Source of the DNA: Candidatus Rokuibacteriota bacterium
Lineage (GTDB): Bacteria; Methylomirabilota; Methylomirabilia; Rokubacteriales; CSP1-6
Length of the DNA: 64,000 bases
Assembly (NCBI GenBank): GCA_016193045.1
Contig: JACPSW010000006.1
Span: forward strand, 1,116 to 65,115
Direction of reading: 5' to 3'
A program made the translations under genes and the position numbers. Of this stretch, positions 37,185 to 47,547 are shown in pieces. Within the stretch, counting starts at the first letter, position 1. Every line of letters starts with the position of its first letter. A model generated the notes under the pieces. That model searched no databases. It was not told the origin of the DNA and worked only from the letters and a program-made list of their open reading frames with translations.

Positions 37185-38186
37185 CTACCTCTGGCTCCGG
37201 CTCCCGATCAGTTCGTCGGCCCGGTTCAGCACCTCGGCCGAGAAGCTGACTCCGATCTCCCGGGCCGTCTCGAGATTCAGGATAAGCTGGTGGAGCCGCG
37301 GGCGCTCGATTGGCAGCTGGGCCGGCGGCACGCCCCGCCGGATCTTGTCCACGAGCGAGGCGGCCTGCTTCCCCTGCAGGTAGTAGGACGACCCGTAGCT
37401 CAAGAGGGCGCCGTGCTGCCGGACGTGCTCCACCTGGTAGACCGCGAACGGCAGGCGGGCGGCCTTTGCCGCGGCCGCGATCTCGCCCGTGACGGCAACG
37501 GTGTGGAGGCTCGGGATAAGGAACACGGCGTCGGCCTCCCGGCGCGTGAGCCGCCGCGCGACCGCGACGGCCTCGTCGTTGCTGCCGACCCGGAACTCCA
37601 CGAGGCGGAGCCCCAGCTTCGCGGCAGCTTCCTGGGCGAGCCGGAACGCCGCGATGGAGCTGTCCGCCTCCCGCTCGCCGATCAGCGCCACCCGCTTCAC
37701 GTGGGGGAGGACCTCCCTCAGGATCTCCAGCCGCTTAGGCACCAGCTCGATGCTGCCGCTGGTGACCCCGGTGACCTGGGTTCCGGGCGTCGCGTAGGAC
37801 GGCACCACCCCACTCTCGACCGGGCCCGACGCGGACCCGAACACGACCGGCGTCCCCGAGGGCTTCGCGACGCCGGCCACGATCTTCAGTGCCGTGTTGG
37901 TGATGGTGAAGATGAGGTCCACCCTGTCCTCGACGAACCCGCGGGTCGCCTCCTCGACCTTCCGCTTGTCCCCCCGGGCGTTGACCAGCACGTACTCGAC
38001 GTCCCGGCCCTCCACGTAACCGAGATCTCGCATCCCCTCCTTGAGTCCCTCGATCCCGGAGACCCACTGGTCCCCGGGCAGGACGATCCCGACGCGGTAC
38101 GGCTTGGTGTCGGCCGCCGCCGGAACCGCCAGCAGGAGAAGGATCCCCAGGGAGATGACCATCCGCTTCGCCCACTGTCCACGCAT
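37185..38186 (-). CDS. Periplasmic ABC-type substrate-binding protein (PF04392-like), probable ligand sensor partner of the downstream kinase
   Basis: Signal peptide. YRVGIVLPGDQW...TNTALKIV... periplasmic-binding fold. 5 nt upstream of the giant kinase on the same strand. Confidence 0.7.
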   Translation of the reverse strand: MRGQWAKRMVISLGILLLLAVPAAADTKPYRVGIVLPGDQWVSGIEGLKEGMRDLGYVEGRDVEYVLVNARGDKRKVEEATRGFVEDRVDLIFTITNTALKIVAGVAKPSGTPVVFGSASGPVESGVVPSYATPGTQVTGVTSGSIELVPKRLEILREVLPHVKRVALIGEREADSSIAAFRLAQEAAAKLGLRLVEFRVGSNDEAVAVARRLTRREADAVFLIPSLHTVAVTGEIAAAAKAARLPFAVYQVEHVRQHGALLSYGSSYYLQGKQAASLVDKIRRGVPPAQLPIERPRLHQLILNLETAREIGVSFSAEVLNRADELIGSRSQR

Positions 38187-38528
38187 GGTGTTGCCCTCCG
38201 TTCCCCGCGCCTCCTAGGCGCGGCTGCTCTCGCGCGTAAAAGGAGCAACGCGGATGCCAGGCTCGAAGGAAGCAGGAGGCCTGAAGAATCAGACTCTTAG
38301 AGGCAAATCAGTCAATGGTGGGACGGAACGGCACGAAGCGGATAGGAGAAACTACCAGGGAGTCGGGGCGTCCCCTCGTGCAGGTCCAAACCACCGCTCG
38401 TGCGCGTCGTCAGCGGCTGCCTTTCGATCTCTGGAACTACTGCCAGGGCAACGTGCCGGATAAAGGGCCGCGAGCGGTAGGTCCCTCAGATGGCGCCAAA
38501 TGTTACGTCTGATCGCGCGCTGCCTTTG

Positions 38529-39056
38529 TCAAAGCTCGCGCTCCATCAGAACGCAGTGAATGCCCGGCCCCGCATAGTCGAGGATGGCCGGGACATCTCC
38601 CTCCCAGGCGGCGCCGCTCTCTCGAAACGCAAATCCAAGGCGCCGGTGGAACGCCAGTGAGCCGGTGTTGTACGGGACCGTGATCGCGACGACCCGCCGG
38701 CACCCTCGCTCGCCAGCCAACCCGAAGAAGGTTTCGTAGAGGGCCCGGCCGATCCCCCGGCCCCGCCGGTCAGGGACCGTCGCGATCATGTGCACGTAAG
38801 CCTCGTCCGGACGGCTCTGGCTGACGAAGCCCAACAGGAAGCCGGCGATCCCCCGGTCATCCTCCAGCACCAGCGAGGTCTCCGAGAAGTGGTCCACATA
38901 CACGGGATGGACGAGATAGCGGACCGCGTCGCCCCACCAGAGGTCAACGACCTGACAGAGGAACCCGTAGTCGGTCCGGGTGATGCGGCGGATTCGCCGT
39001 CCGTCTGTCTCGCTGAGCGCGGCGTGGAGCGCCGCGCCCACGTTTCCCCGCACCAC
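38529..39056 (-). CDS. GNAT-family N-acetyltransferase
   Basis: RRGRGIGRALYE acetyl-CoA-binding motif. Lies between repeat copy 3 and lower-GC non-coding DNA. Confidence 0.8.
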   Translation of the reverse strand: MVRGNVGAALHAALSETDGRRIRRITRTDYGFLCQVVDLWWGDAVRYLVHPVYVDHFSETSLVLEDDRGIAGFLLGFVSQSRPDEAYVHMIATVPDRRGRGIGRALYETFFGLAGERGCRRVVAITVPYNTGSLAFHRRLGFAFRESGAAWEGDVPAILDYAGPGIHCVLMEREL

Positions 39057-39129
39057 GAGGGTCGCCTGCCCGTCCCATGGGGTGGTCGTTCGGTTGATGA
39101 CCGCGAGAGGTGCGCGTCAGCGTGCCGGC

Positions 39130-39225
39130 GATCGAGCCCAACGATATGCCCGAAAACATGCCCGCGCCGGTCTCGAACACAGCCAAACCAGCCCCTCTCC
39201 AGCCAGTGAGCAAAAGAAAAACCCC
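39130..39225 (-). repeat. Copy 3 of the roughly 90-bp repeat family (minus orientation: GGTTTTTCTTTTGCTCACTGGCTGG ... CGGGCATGTTTTCGGGCAT)
   Basis: See copy 1. It begins at the T-run of the 39222..39252 hairpin and runs toward the GNAT gene. Confidence 0.75.
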
Positions 39226-39252
39226 TCGGTAAATCATCAAGTTGCCGAGGGG
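39215..39252 (-). terminator. Hairpin cccctcgg..ccgagggg plus T-run (minus strand) after the truncated tRNA-Arg
   Basis: Minus-strand read: ccgaggggtttttcttttgc. Perfect 8-bp stem. Confidence 0.6.
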
Positions 39253-39270
39253 TTCTCTCTCCCGGTGAAG

Positions 39271-39310
39271 ATTAGAAGTCCGACGCTCTATCCAGCTGAG
39301 CTACAGGCGC
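39271..39310 (-). tRNA. tRNA-Arg(TCT) 5' fragment (positions 1 to about 40); no T-arm or 3' acceptor
   Basis: Minus-strand read GCGCCTG-TA-GCTC-AGCTGGATA-GAGC-G-TCGGA-CTTCTAA-TC, then divergent sequence (TTCACCGGGAGAG) and the terminator hairpin. Confidence 0.7.
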
Positions 39311-39319
39311 ATCAGGGAC

Positions 39320-39667
39320 TTATGATACACCAGCGCCGCGCGGTCCTCCCACGATCACGAAGCGCGATGCAGCCAGGCGCTCGCTCTTGCACTCCGGACA
39401 CCGCGACGGCTTGTCCAGGCGCGTCCGCTCCTTGAAGACAAACCCACAGGCCAGGCACCGTGTGGGTTCGACGTGCAACCGCTCGCCGCTCTGCCTAAGC
39501 GAGCGGGCCAGGTGCCTGAGATGGCCGGCGACCTCTTTTTCGCCGATTCCGACGCGCGCCGACAGTTCGCGCGCCGTGCGCGGTCCCTCTGCGAGGACCC
39601 GCCTGAGTTGCGACCGGATCGTGACGTGCCGCTCGGACAACGCCATGGAGGAGGGTTTTTTCGCCAA
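39320..39667 (-). CDS. Small transcriptional regulator: winged HTH plus C-terminal Zn-ribbon (CxxC...CxxC)
   Basis: ARELSARVGIGEKEVAGHLRHLARS; CLACGF...CPECKS. Confidence 0.5.
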   Translation of the reverse strand: MAKKPSSMALSERHVTIRSQLRRVLAEGPRTARELSARVGIGEKEVAGHLRHLARSLRQSGERLHVEPTRCLACGFVFKERTRLDKPSRCPECKSERLAASRFVIVGGPRGAGVS

Positions 39668-39680
39668 GGGGCGCCGAAGG

Positions 39681-39983
39681 CTACAGGCCGGCGAGCGCCG
39701 CGGCTTCCTCGGCCAACGCCTGGGCGGTCTTCGCCTTCCGGATCGCCGCGGCGTGATCGGCCGGGCCCCTGGCGCCCGCGTGGCTCGTTCGTGCCTCGCC
39801 GACGAGCTTCCGCGCCTCGTCCAGGAGCGCCCGGGCCGCCGGGGGCAGCGTCCCCCGCTCGGCCTTCTGGATCAGCGCCTCGGCGCGCTGGATCTCCACG
39901 GGGCAGGTGTTGGCCCACGCCGGGAGGCTGCCCCCGACGGTCAGGAGGAGGAGCGTCAGGACCGCCAGAACTCGCGTCGTCAT
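39681..39983 (-). CDS. Small secreted alpha-helical hypothetical protein
   Basis: Internal ATG (MTTRVLAVLTLLLLTVGGSLPAWA signal). Ala/Glu/Lys-rich. Confidence 0.4.
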   Translation of the reverse strand: MTTRVLAVLTLLLLTVGGSLPAWANTCPVEIQRAEALIQKAERGTLPPAARALLDEARKLVGEARTSHAGARGPADHAAAIRKAKTAQALAEEAAALAGL

Positions 39984-39987
39984 CAGG

Positions 39988-40064
<77 letters not shown>

Positions 40065-40086
40065 AAAAATCAGGCCGCAGTATATC

Positions 40087-40692
40087 CTACGCCGCCCAGC
40101 GCCTCAACACCTCCCGGGCGCGCGCCAGGGCCTGGCCCCGGTGGCTGACCTCGTTCTTGAGCGCCGGATCCAGCTCGGCGAAGGTCCGGCCCAGCGGCGG
40201 AGAGAAGAAGACCGGGTCGTAGCCGAACCCGCCCGTGCCCCGGGGGGTCTCGAGAATCCGGCCCTCGGCCACGCCCTCGACGACCTCTTCGCGGCCGTCG
40301 GGAGCGGCGAGCGCCACCACACAGCGGAATCTCGCCGCGCGCCGCTCGGGAGGGAGCCCGCCGAGCTCCGCCAGGAGCGCCGCGCAGCGGTCGGCATCGG
40401 AGAGGCCGGCGCCGCCGTAGCGGGCCGAGCGCACCCCGGGGCGCCCTCCCAACGCATCCACCTCCAACCCCGAGTCGTCGGCCAGCGCCACGGCCCCCGA
40501 GAGCCGGGCCGCGGCCCGCGCCTTGGCGAGCGCGTTCGCCCGGTAGGAGTCGTCCCCTTCGGGCGGGAGCGCGGCGCCGGGGATGGTCGAGAGAGCGACG
40601 ACCTCGAAGGGAATCTCGCCGAGCAGGGAGGCCAGCTCCCGCGCCTTCGCGGGATTGAGGGTGGCAACGACGAGGCGCGGCCTAGAGATTGA
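40087..40692 (-). CDS. rdgB: RdgB/HAM1-family dITP/XTP pyrophosphatase
   Basis: [19 protein letters not shown]...FGYDPVFF...[16 protein letters not shown]. Start not resolvable (no canonical start codon just upstream of RLVVAT). Overlaps the rph stop. Confidence 0.7.
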   Translation of the reverse strand, partial: SISRPRLVVATLNPAKARELASLLGEIPFEVVALSTIPGAALPPEGDDSYRANALAKARAAARLSGAVALADDSGLEVDALGGRPGVRSARYGGAGLSDADRCAALLAELGGLPPERRAARFRCVVALAAPDGREEVVEGVAEGRILETPRGTGGFGYDPVFFSPPLGRTFAELDPALKNEVSHRGQALARAREVLRRWAA

Positions 40693-41419
40693 AGGTCTTC
40701 GTCCCAGGCGCGGCCAGAGCCCGCCGCTGGAGGGCAACGAGCTGCTCGATCCCGCGCCGGACCAGGGCGAGCATCTCCTGGAGGCGGTCGGGGCCGAAGG
40801 GCACCTGCTCGGCGGTCCCCTGGATCTCGACGAACTCACCGGCCCCGGTCATCACCACGTTCATGTCCACCTCGGCCGAGGAGTCCTCCAGGTAGTCGAG
40901 ATCGAGCAGTGCGGTCCCCGCCACGACCCCCACGCTCGCCGCGGCCACCTGGTCGCGGAGCGGCAGGCTCGGAAGCAGCTGGGCCTCGACGAGCTTGGCG
41001 CAGGCATCCGCCAGCGCGAGGAAGCCGCCCGTGATCGCCGCCGTGCGCGTCCCCCCGTCGGCCTGGATCACGTCGCAGTCCACCCAGAACGTCCGCTCGC
41101 CGAGCTTGGCCAGCTCGACCACGGCGCGGAGCGAGCGCCCGACGAGACGCTGGATCTCCTGGGACCGGCCGCCGGCGCGGGTGGTCTCGCGCGGCGTGCG
41201 GGTCGCCGTCGAGCGCGGGAGCATGCCGTACTCGGCGGTCACCCAGCCCTGGCCCTGCCCCCGGAGAAACGGCGGCACCCTGTCCTCCACGGAGGCCGTG
41301 CAGATCACCCGGGTGGCGCCGAACTCCACGAGCACCGACCCCTCGGCGTGCTGGATGAACTCGCGCGTCAGCGTGATCGGGCGGAGCTGGTCGGGGCGCC
41401 GCCCATCGCGCCGGTTCAC
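40682..41419 (-). CDS. rph: Ribonuclease PH
   Basis: [33 protein letters not shown]...[22 protein letters not shown] start. Confidence 0.9.
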   Translation of the reverse strand: MNRRDGRRPDQLRPITLTREFIQHAEGSVLVEFGATRVICTASVEDRVPPFLRGQGQGWVTAEYGMLPRSTATRTPRETTRAGGRSQEIQRLVGRSLRAVVELAKLGERTFWVDCDVIQADGGTRTAAITGGFLALADACAKLVEAQLLPSLPLRDQVAAASVGVVAGTALLDLDYLEDSSAEVDMNVVMTGAGEFVEIQGTAEQVPFGPDRLQEMLALVRRGIEQLVALQRRALAAPGTKTFNL

Positions 41420-42918
41420 TTCGGGACCTCCGCGACGCCCATCTTCTGATCGTAGCGGCGCTTGTACTCCGCGAGGCCGGCGTAGATCGCCCGGGCCACG
41501 CGATCCCGGTACTGGGTGTCCATGAGCCGCCGCTCTTCCTTCCGGTTGGTCACGAAGCCGATCTCGACGAGGATGGCGGGCATGGCGGCGCCGCCCAGGA
41601 CGTAGAAGCCGGCCTGCTTCACGCCGCGGTTGGCGATGCGCAGGGTCTGGGTCACGGAGTCCTGGACCGTCTCCGCCAGGTGGCTGGACTCCTCCTGGAA
41701 TTCGGACTGGGCCAGGTCCCAGAGAATCGTCTTCAGGATATCCATCTTCGCCCGGGAGTTGCCCGTCTCCAGCTGGATGACCCCGTTCTCCAGCGCCGCC
41801 ACCTGGCGCGCGTCGTTGTCGGTGGCCTCGGAGGAGAGAAAATAGGTCTCGACCCCCTGGGAGCCCAGGTCCCGGTGGGCGTTGGCGTGGATGGACACGA
41901 AGAGCTGGGCGCGCTCCTTGTTCGCGAACTGGGTGCGGTCCCGTAGCGGCACGAAGTAATCCCCGGTCCGGGTCAGCGCGACTTTGATGCCGAGCCCCTC
42001 CTCCACCAGGCGCGCCACGCGCCGGGTCACGTCCAGCACCACGTCCTTCTCCTGCAGGCCGCCCGGGCCGACGGCGCCCGGGTCGAACCCGCCATGGCCG
42101 GCGTCCAGCACGATCCGCCGGAGCGCCTCCCCCGGTCCGCTGAGCGCGCCCCGCGCCCCGGCCGGGCGACCGCTGTAAATGTCCAGCACCAGCCGGTAGG
42201 GATCCTGGAGCGTCAGGGTCTTGATCTCGCCGCGGGCGCCCTCGAGGCTCACGCTGAGCACGGCGTCGCGCCCCCTCGGCGCCATTCGGATCTCCTTCAC
42301 GAGCCCGTCGCCCACGTCCTCGACCTGCGGCCCGTCCAGCGAGAGGCCGCTGAGCCGCGCCCGGACCTCGCCTTTGCCGTCCTCGATCTGGTAGCCGAAG
42401 GGCCCGCTGGCTTCGACCACGACGCGCGTGAAGGACGGATACGACCGGAACCGGAGCTCCTCGAGGGTGGCGGCGGCCCGCGCCGGCTTGACCCGCGGCT
42501 TGACCTCCGCGTCCACCACCCGGACGGAGGGGTAGAGCTTGGGCAGGACGCGAGTCAGGAACTCCTCGGGGACCACCCATCCGCCCGACAGAATGCGCGG
42601 CGGGGCCCGGAGGGCGAGTGGCTTGCCGCCGACGAGCACCTGGCTCCGGTCCCGCGTGAGATTCACCCTCTTCGCCCCCACCTGCAGGGTCGCCGTCCAC
42701 GACCTTCCGGACCAGGTCCCCTTGCACTGCAGGAGGCGCGCCAGCCGCTCCAGCGAGACATAGGAGACGCCGTCCTCACCCTGGATGACCGGAAGCTGGC
42801 CGCGGATGGCCCCCTGGCGCCCCTCGGCCGCGACAAGCAGGCTCCGCCCCTCGGCCTCGTGCCAGAGAAAGCCTAGGAACAGGAGGGAAAACGTCCAACA
42901 CAGGACCTGTCGCCGCAT
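41416..42918 (-). CDS. N-acetylmuramoyl-L-alanine amidase (AMIN domain + Amidase_3)
   Basis: Signal peptide. [16 protein letters not shown]...FVSIHANA amidase_3 motifs. Confidence 0.85.
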   Translation of the reverse strand: MRRQVLCWTFSLLFLGFLWHEAEGRSLLVAAEGRQGAIRGQLPVIQGEDGVSYVSLERLARLLQCKGTWSGRSWTATLQVGAKRVNLTRDRSQVLVGGKPLALRAPPRILSGGWVVPEEFLTRVLPKLYPSVRVVDAEVKPRVKPARAAATLEELRFRSYPSFTRVVVEASGPFGYQIEDGKGEVRARLSGLSLDGPQVEDVGDGLVKEIRMAPRGRDAVLSVSLEGARGEIKTLTLQDPYRLVLDIYSGRPAGARGALSGPGEALRRIVLDAGHGGFDPGAVGPGGLQEKDVVLDVTRRVARLVEEGLGIKVALTRTGDYFVPLRDRTQFANKERAQLFVSIHANAHRDLGSQGVETYFLSSEATDNDARQVAALENGVIQLETGNSRAKMDILKTILWDLAQSEFQEESSHLAETVQDSVTQTLRIANRGVKQAGFYVLGGAAMPAILVEIGFVTNRKEERRLMDTQYRDRVARAIYAGLAEYKRRYDQKMGVAEVPK

Positions 42919-43061
42919 ACCGCCCCGCCTTTCTAGGGTGAGGGGTATTCTAGCAACACCGGGGGAGGGGGAAGAAGCTTTTCCCCACCCGACGCGCCCC
43001 TCACCTCTTCTCCTCTCCCCCGGGGGGAGAGGCCGGGTGAGGGGCAGCGTGGGGAGGAAAA

Positions 43062-43426
43062 TGGTGGAGGTGGAGGGTATCGAACCCTCGTCCGGAAACC
43101 CTCAGCAGCAGGCTTCTACATCAATAGTCGGTATTTTCAGTCTCGCCACCCGAGGCTCCTGCCGACAGGATCCCCGGGCCGCCAGCCTCAAAAGATCTCG
43201 CCCCTCCCCCCGAGGCCGGGTTCAGGACCAGCCACCAGAATATGGCGCCCCACCCCAGGCCCTGATGGCTCAACCCGGCGGGACGCTAGCCGTTCTTTAG
43301 GCGGCCAGACTTAGCTGAGTGTCGGCAGCTATAACCGTTCTCTCGGTTTTACGAGGAGAGAGAACCTCGAGATGCCGCCTGCGCCTCGTTGATCCCCGTC
43401 GAAGCCAGTCACCCCCTCTAAGACCT
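43062..43426 (-). ncRNA. ssrA: tmRNA (SsrA); tag reading frame GCC GAC ACU CAG CUA AGU CUG GCC GCC UAA, giving (A)ADTQLSLAA
   Basis: Minus-strand 5' end GGGGGTGACTGGCTTCGACGGGG. 3' end GGACGAGGGTTCGATACCCTCCACCTCCACCA. Internal tag ORF ends in LAA. Located directly downstream of smpB. Confidence 0.85.
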
Positions 43427-43883
43427 AGCGTTCGCGGGAGCGGACGGCTTTCTCCATCTCCCGCCGCATCTCCCGCTCGCGGATGGCCCGGCGTTTGTCG
43501 TGGAGCTTTCGCCCGCGCCCCAGGCCCAGCTCGAGCTTCGCCCGACCGTTCTTAAAGTATAGCCGCAGGGGAACCAGAGTCAACCCGCGCTCCTGGACCT
43601 TGCCCAGCAGCCGGTTGATCTCTCCCCGGTGGAGCAGGAGCTTCCGCCGGCGCTCGGGGTCGTGGTTGGCGTCCGACCCGTGGCGGTACGGGCTGATATG
43701 GCAGCCCACCAGCCAGAGCTCCCCGCCCTCCACCAGGGCGTAGCTGTCCTTGAAGTTGGCCTGCCCCGCTCGCAGGGACTTCACTTCCGTCCCCCGGAGG
43801 ACGAGACCCGCCTCGAACGTTTCCAAGATCTCATAGAGGTGGGTGGCCTTCCGGTTGGTGAGCACCACCCGCCCGATTGCCAT
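43425..43883 (-). CDS. smpB: SsrA-binding protein SmpB
   Basis: VLTNRKATHLYEILETFEAGLVLRGTEVKSLR...LLLHRGEINRL. Confidence 0.9.
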   Translation of the reverse strand: MAIGRVVLTNRKATHLYEILETFEAGLVLRGTEVKSLRAGQANFKDSYALVEGGELWLVGCHISPYRHGSDANHDPERRRKLLLHRGEINRLLGKVQERGLTLVPLRLYFKNGRAKLELGLGRGRKLHDKRRAIREREMRREMEKAVRSRER

Positions 43884-43931
43884 CCTGTCCCCTTGCCTGG
43901 TCCCCGGCCGTGTGATAAGTAGGATATCCGA

Positions 43932-44018
43932 GCCGAAGTGGCGGAATTGGCAGACGCGCTAGATTCAGGGTCTAGTGCCCGCAAGGGTGTCGGGGTTCGA
44001 GTCCCCGCTTCGGCACCA
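43932..44018 (+). tRNA. tRNA-Leu(CAG), type II with long variable arm
   Basis: GCCGAAGTGGCGGAATTGGCAGACGCGCTAGATTCAGGGTCTAGTGCCCGCAAGGGTGTCGGGGTTCGAGTCCCCGCTTCGGCACCA. Confidence 0.9.
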
Positions 44019-44190
44019 CCTCTAACAATACCCTAGTTCCCACTCAGAGTTCTTCCCGTCAATTCGGCAACGCGATGACAGTCTGTCTCGCGAATTGACT
44101 GCAGAAGCGAATGCAACTAGGTGTTTTTGCGCGGGTTCCTCGTTGGCACAACCTGTGCTATCTGCTGATCATCTGCGGGTGATCAGGCCC

Positions 44191-44412
44191 ATGAGCCGGC
44201 AGAAGAATAAGACGAGCGCATATTACCTTCGCAGCATCCCCCCCGACTTATGGGAGTCGGTGACGGCGAAGGCCAAAGCCGAGGGGCGAAACATCCGCTG
44301 GGTGATTCTCCACGCCCTCCGAGACTGGTTGGACGGCCTCTACGAGCCCGCGAACAAAGAGGCCGGGGGCGACCGCGTGGACGCCGCGAAGCGCGACGGA
44401 CTAGGATGGTAA
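44191..44412 (+). CDS. Small hypothetical protein, possible ribbon-helix-helix DNA-binding fold
   Basis: MSRQKNKTSAYYLRSIPPDLWESVTAKAKAEGRNIRWVILHALRDWL. The internal ATG is the only part that looks protein-like. Confidence 0.35.
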   Translation: MSRQKNKTSAYYLRSIPPDLWESVTAKAKAEGRNIRWVILHALRDWLDGLYEPANKEAGGDRVDAAKRDGLGW

Positions 44413-44416
44413 GGCC

Positions 44417-47170
44417 GTGTCGATCCGAACCAAGCTGACTTTCCTCATCTCCTTCCTGATCGCGGCTCCCCTGCTGTTTTCCGCGGCGTTCTGGATCAAC
44501 ACCCTGATTTCCTCCTTGGGCGGCCTCCGGTGGGAGGACCTCGTCTGGCACGGCCGCGCCGAGGTGGAGGAGCGTACCGCCCTCCGTTTCTGGAATACGG
44601 CGCTTGCCCACAACGACTCGGTGGTTCGCGCCCTGACCCCCGTGGGCCGGCGGCTCACCCGCGAGCTCACGTTCCTCACGGCGCGCCTTCGGGAGGGCCA
44701 ATGCTTGGCCACGCGGGGCGATCTCCCGGCCCCCTGCCGGGCCCTGGCCCGCGAGTTCCTGAGCCTGCACCCGGAGCTGGAAGGGCTGCTGGCCTTTTCG
44801 GGCCGCCGGTCGGCGGCGGTCCTGAACCGCGAGGTTCCGCCGGACCGGATGTCCGCCATTCAGGCCGCCCTGTTCCCGCTGGCCCAGGCCCCCGGCAATG
44901 TCGCGCTGCGGCCGGTCTCGGTGGGGCCTGAATTCGCCCTGGCAACGGCGCACGCGCCCCGTGAGGCCGCCGGCTGGAGCGTCATCGTCTGGACGACCAC
45001 CCGGGACTTCACGGCGCCCTTCGAGGGGTTGATGTCGGGGAGTCTCTACCGCACGGTGCTCGCCAACGACCAGGGCCGGCTGCTGCTCCCGCTCGAGCTC
45101 CAGGGACAGACGGCCAGCGGGAGCCCGCGCGTGCCCCTCTCCTACTTCTTCCTCGAGGACGCCGAGCAGCGCAAGCGGGTGCTGGAGAACCTCCGGGACG
45201 GTCGGTCCGGCAACGGTCGCGGCGTTCTGGCCGGGACGCGCTATATCTTCGCCCACGCCTCCATCCCGGGCACCGGCGTCCGCGTGCTGACCCTGCTGCG
45301 GCTGGACCAGCCCGCCGAGACCCGCGTCTTCGGGGCCCTCCGGAACTACCTCGTCGTGTCCGCGGCGCTGATCATCCTGACGGCGGTCGGAGCGTTCTTC
45401 CTGGCCACGCGCCTGACCCGGAGCTTCCGCCTGCTCGCCACCGCGGCGGAGGAGATCGGAGCCGGCCGCCTCGACACGCCGATCGAGGTCAGAGGCAAGG
45501 ACGAGATCGCCCGGCTGGCGGCCAGTTTCCAGACCATGGCCGAGCAGATCCGGGAAAGCTTCGCGACCCTCGAGCAGAAGGTCGCCGACCGGACCCGGGA
45601 CCTCACGCTGAAGTCCGAGGAGCTGGGGCGCGCCAACGACGACCTGATTCGGATGCACAAGACCAAGTCCGACTTCCTCGCCAAGATGTCCCACGAGCTT
45701 CGCACCCCGCTCAACTCGATCATCGGCTTCAGCGACCTCGTGCTCTCCGGCTCCTTCGGCCAGATCACGGACAAGCAGAAGGACGCCCTGGGGCGGGTCG
45801 TGCGCAACGCCAAGAACCTTCTCCAGCTGATCAACGACATCCTCGACCTCTCCAAGATCGAGGCCGATCGCATGACGTTGAAGCTCGGGCCCGTGAATCT
45901 CAAGATCCTCATCGGCTCCGCGACCGGCAACCTCGAGTTCAAGGCGCTGGAGAAGAAGATCTTCCTGAAGGCGGAGGTCGCCCCGGACATTCCCACCCTG
46001 CAGGCCGATGAGGTCCGGCTCATGCAGATCCTGAACAACCTCCTCTCCAACGCGGTCAAATTCACCCACGAGGGCGGCGTGAGCCTCACCGCCGGGCTCC
46101 TGGACCAGAGCCGCGTGCGGATCGAGGTCCGAGACACCGGGATCGGCATGACCACCAAGGACCTGGCCAACCTCTTCACCGAGTTCTACCAGGCCGACAC
46201 CTCCCTCACGCGCAAGTACGAGGGCACCGGGCTTGGCCTGGCGATCACCAAGCGGCTCGTCGAAGCCATGGGGGGGAGCATCTCGGTCGCGAGCCGGCTG
46301 GGCGATGGCTCCGCGTTCACCGTGACGCTCCCGCTGATCGCCGCGGGCGAAGAGGCCGAAACTGTCACGCTCCCCCCGGTGCCGGTGCCCGCCAGGGCGG
46401 CGCCCAAGCCGGCCGTGTTCGAGGGGAAGCGCCGGATCCTGGTCATCGACGACGACCCGGAGATCCACACGCTCATCGTGGAAACCCTCAAGGAGGCCGG
46501 CGTGGAATTCCTGCGTGCCCTGGACGGCGACGAGGGGCTCGAGCTCGCCCGGGACGCCCGGCCCGACCTCATCCTGCTGGACATCCGCATGCCGAACAAG
46601 GACGGCTGGGAGGTCCTGCACGACCTCAAGGCCAACACCATCACGGCCGGGATCCCCGTGGTCATCATGAGCTCCGTGGACAACAAGTCGCTGGGGTTCT
46701 CGCTCGGCGCCGCGGATTACCTCGTCAAGCCCGTCCACCGGGACGGCCTCTTCCAGACGCTGAACCGCCTCAGCATCGGGCCGGGCTCGGGGTACATCCT
46801 CGTGGTGGACGACGATCACGAATCGGCGGCGGTGGTGAAGGAGGCGCTGGAGGTCAAGGACTTCACGGTGGCCGTCGCGCACAACGGCAAACAGGCGCTC
46901 CAGGCGGTGAAGCAGCAGATTCCCCGCCTCATCGTCCTGGACCTGATGATGCCCGTCATGGACGGCTTCGAGACGCTGGCCCAGCTCCGGAGCGAGGCGG
47001 CCACCAAGGACATCCCGGTCGTCATCCTCACCGCCAAGGACCTCAACCAGCAGGAGCGGGCCGCGCTGGACGGCAAGATCCAGGCGCTCTTCCAGAAGGG
47101 CCAGGTGTCGCTCGACCAGCTCATCGGCGACGTCCAGAGCGCCATCACGCGGCACCCGGCGGAGGTGTGA
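44417..47170 (+). CDS. Hybrid sensor histidine kinase (TM, extracytoplasmic sensor, TM, HAMP, HisKA, HATPase_c, REC, REC)
   Basis: H-box MSHELRTPLNSIIGFSDL, GTGLGLAI, two C-terminal receiver domains (ILVIDDDPEI...; ILVVDDDHES...). Confidence 0.85.
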   Translation: MSIRTKLTFLISFLIAAPLLFSAAFWINTLISSLGGLRWEDLVWHGRAEVEERTALRFWNTALAHNDSVVRALTPVGRRLTRELTFLTARLREGQCLATRGDLPAPCRALAREFLSLHPELEGLLAFSGRRSAAVLNREVPPDRMSAIQAALFPLAQAPGNVALRPVSVGPEFALATAHAPREAAGWSVIVWTTTRDFTAPFEGLMSGSLYRTVLANDQGRLLLPLELQGQTASGSPRVPLSYFFLEDAEQRKRVLENLRDGRSGNGRGVLAGTRYIFAHASIPGTGVRVLTLLRLDQPAETRVFGALRNYLVVSAALIILTAVGAFFLATRLTRSFRLLATAAEEIGAGRLDTPIEVRGKDEIARLAASFQTMAEQIRESFATLEQKVADRTRDLTLKSEELGRANDDLIRMHKTKSDFLAKMSHELRTPLNSIIGFSDLVLSGSFGQITDKQKDALGRVVRNAKNLLQLINDILDLSKIEADRMTLKLGPVNLKILIGSATGNLEFKALEKKIFLKAEVAPDIPTLQADEVRLMQILNNLLSNAVKFTHEGGVSLTAGLLDQSRVRIEVRDTGIGMTTKDLANLFTEFYQADTSLTRKYEGTGLGLAITKRLVEAMGGSISVASRLGDGSAFTVTLPLIAAGEEAETVTLPPVPVPARAAPKPAVFEGKRRILVIDDDPEIHTLIVETLKEAGVEFLRALDGDEGLELARDARPDLILLDIRMPNKDGWEVLHDLKANTITAGIPVVIMSSVDNKSLGFSLGAADYLVKPVHRDGLFQTLNRLSIGPGSGYILVVDDDHESAAVVKEALEVKDFTVAVAHNGKQALQAVKQQIPRLIVLDLMMPVMDGFETLAQLRSEAATKDIPVVILTAKDLNQQERAALDGKIQALFQKGQVSLDQLIGDVQSAITRHPAEV

Positions 47171-47547
47171 TGGCGCCCCTGGTCCTGATCGTCGAAGATA
47201 TCGAGGACAACCTGATCCTCATCAAGACCCTTTTGGAGCTGGCGGAGTACCGGGTGGTCGAGGCCCGCGACGGGCGCGAGGCGCTCGCCCAGGCCCAGGC
47301 CAATCATCCGGATCTCATCCTGCTCGACCTGTCCCTGCCGGAGATCGACGGCTGGACCGTCGCGCGGACGCTCCGCCAGCTCCCCGACTTTCGCTCCACG
47401 CTCATCGTCGCCCTCACCGCCCACGCCATGCAGGGCGACCGGGAGAAAAGCATCGAGGCGGGGTGCGACGAATTCATGACCAAGCCCATCGACGCCCCCA
47501 CGTTCGTCCCGACCGTCACCAAGATCCTGGAGGGCAAGCGTGGCTGA
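47167..47547 (+). CDS. Single-domain response regulator (CheY-like)
   Basis: VLIVEDIEDN...LLDLSLPEIDGW...FMTKP. Confidence 0.85.
   Translation: MMAPLVLIVEDIEDNLILIKTLLELAEYRVVEARDGREALAQAQANHPDLILLDLSLPEIDGWTVARTLRQLPDFRSTLIVALTAHAMQGDREKSIEAGCDEFMTKPIDAPTFVPTVTKILEGKRG

Noticed and set aside
38190-38528. Xis-like remnant at the far end of the GNAT insertion, as in the other two islands
   Set aside because: None of the six frames gives an HTH_17-like peptide. Only low-complexity ORFs.
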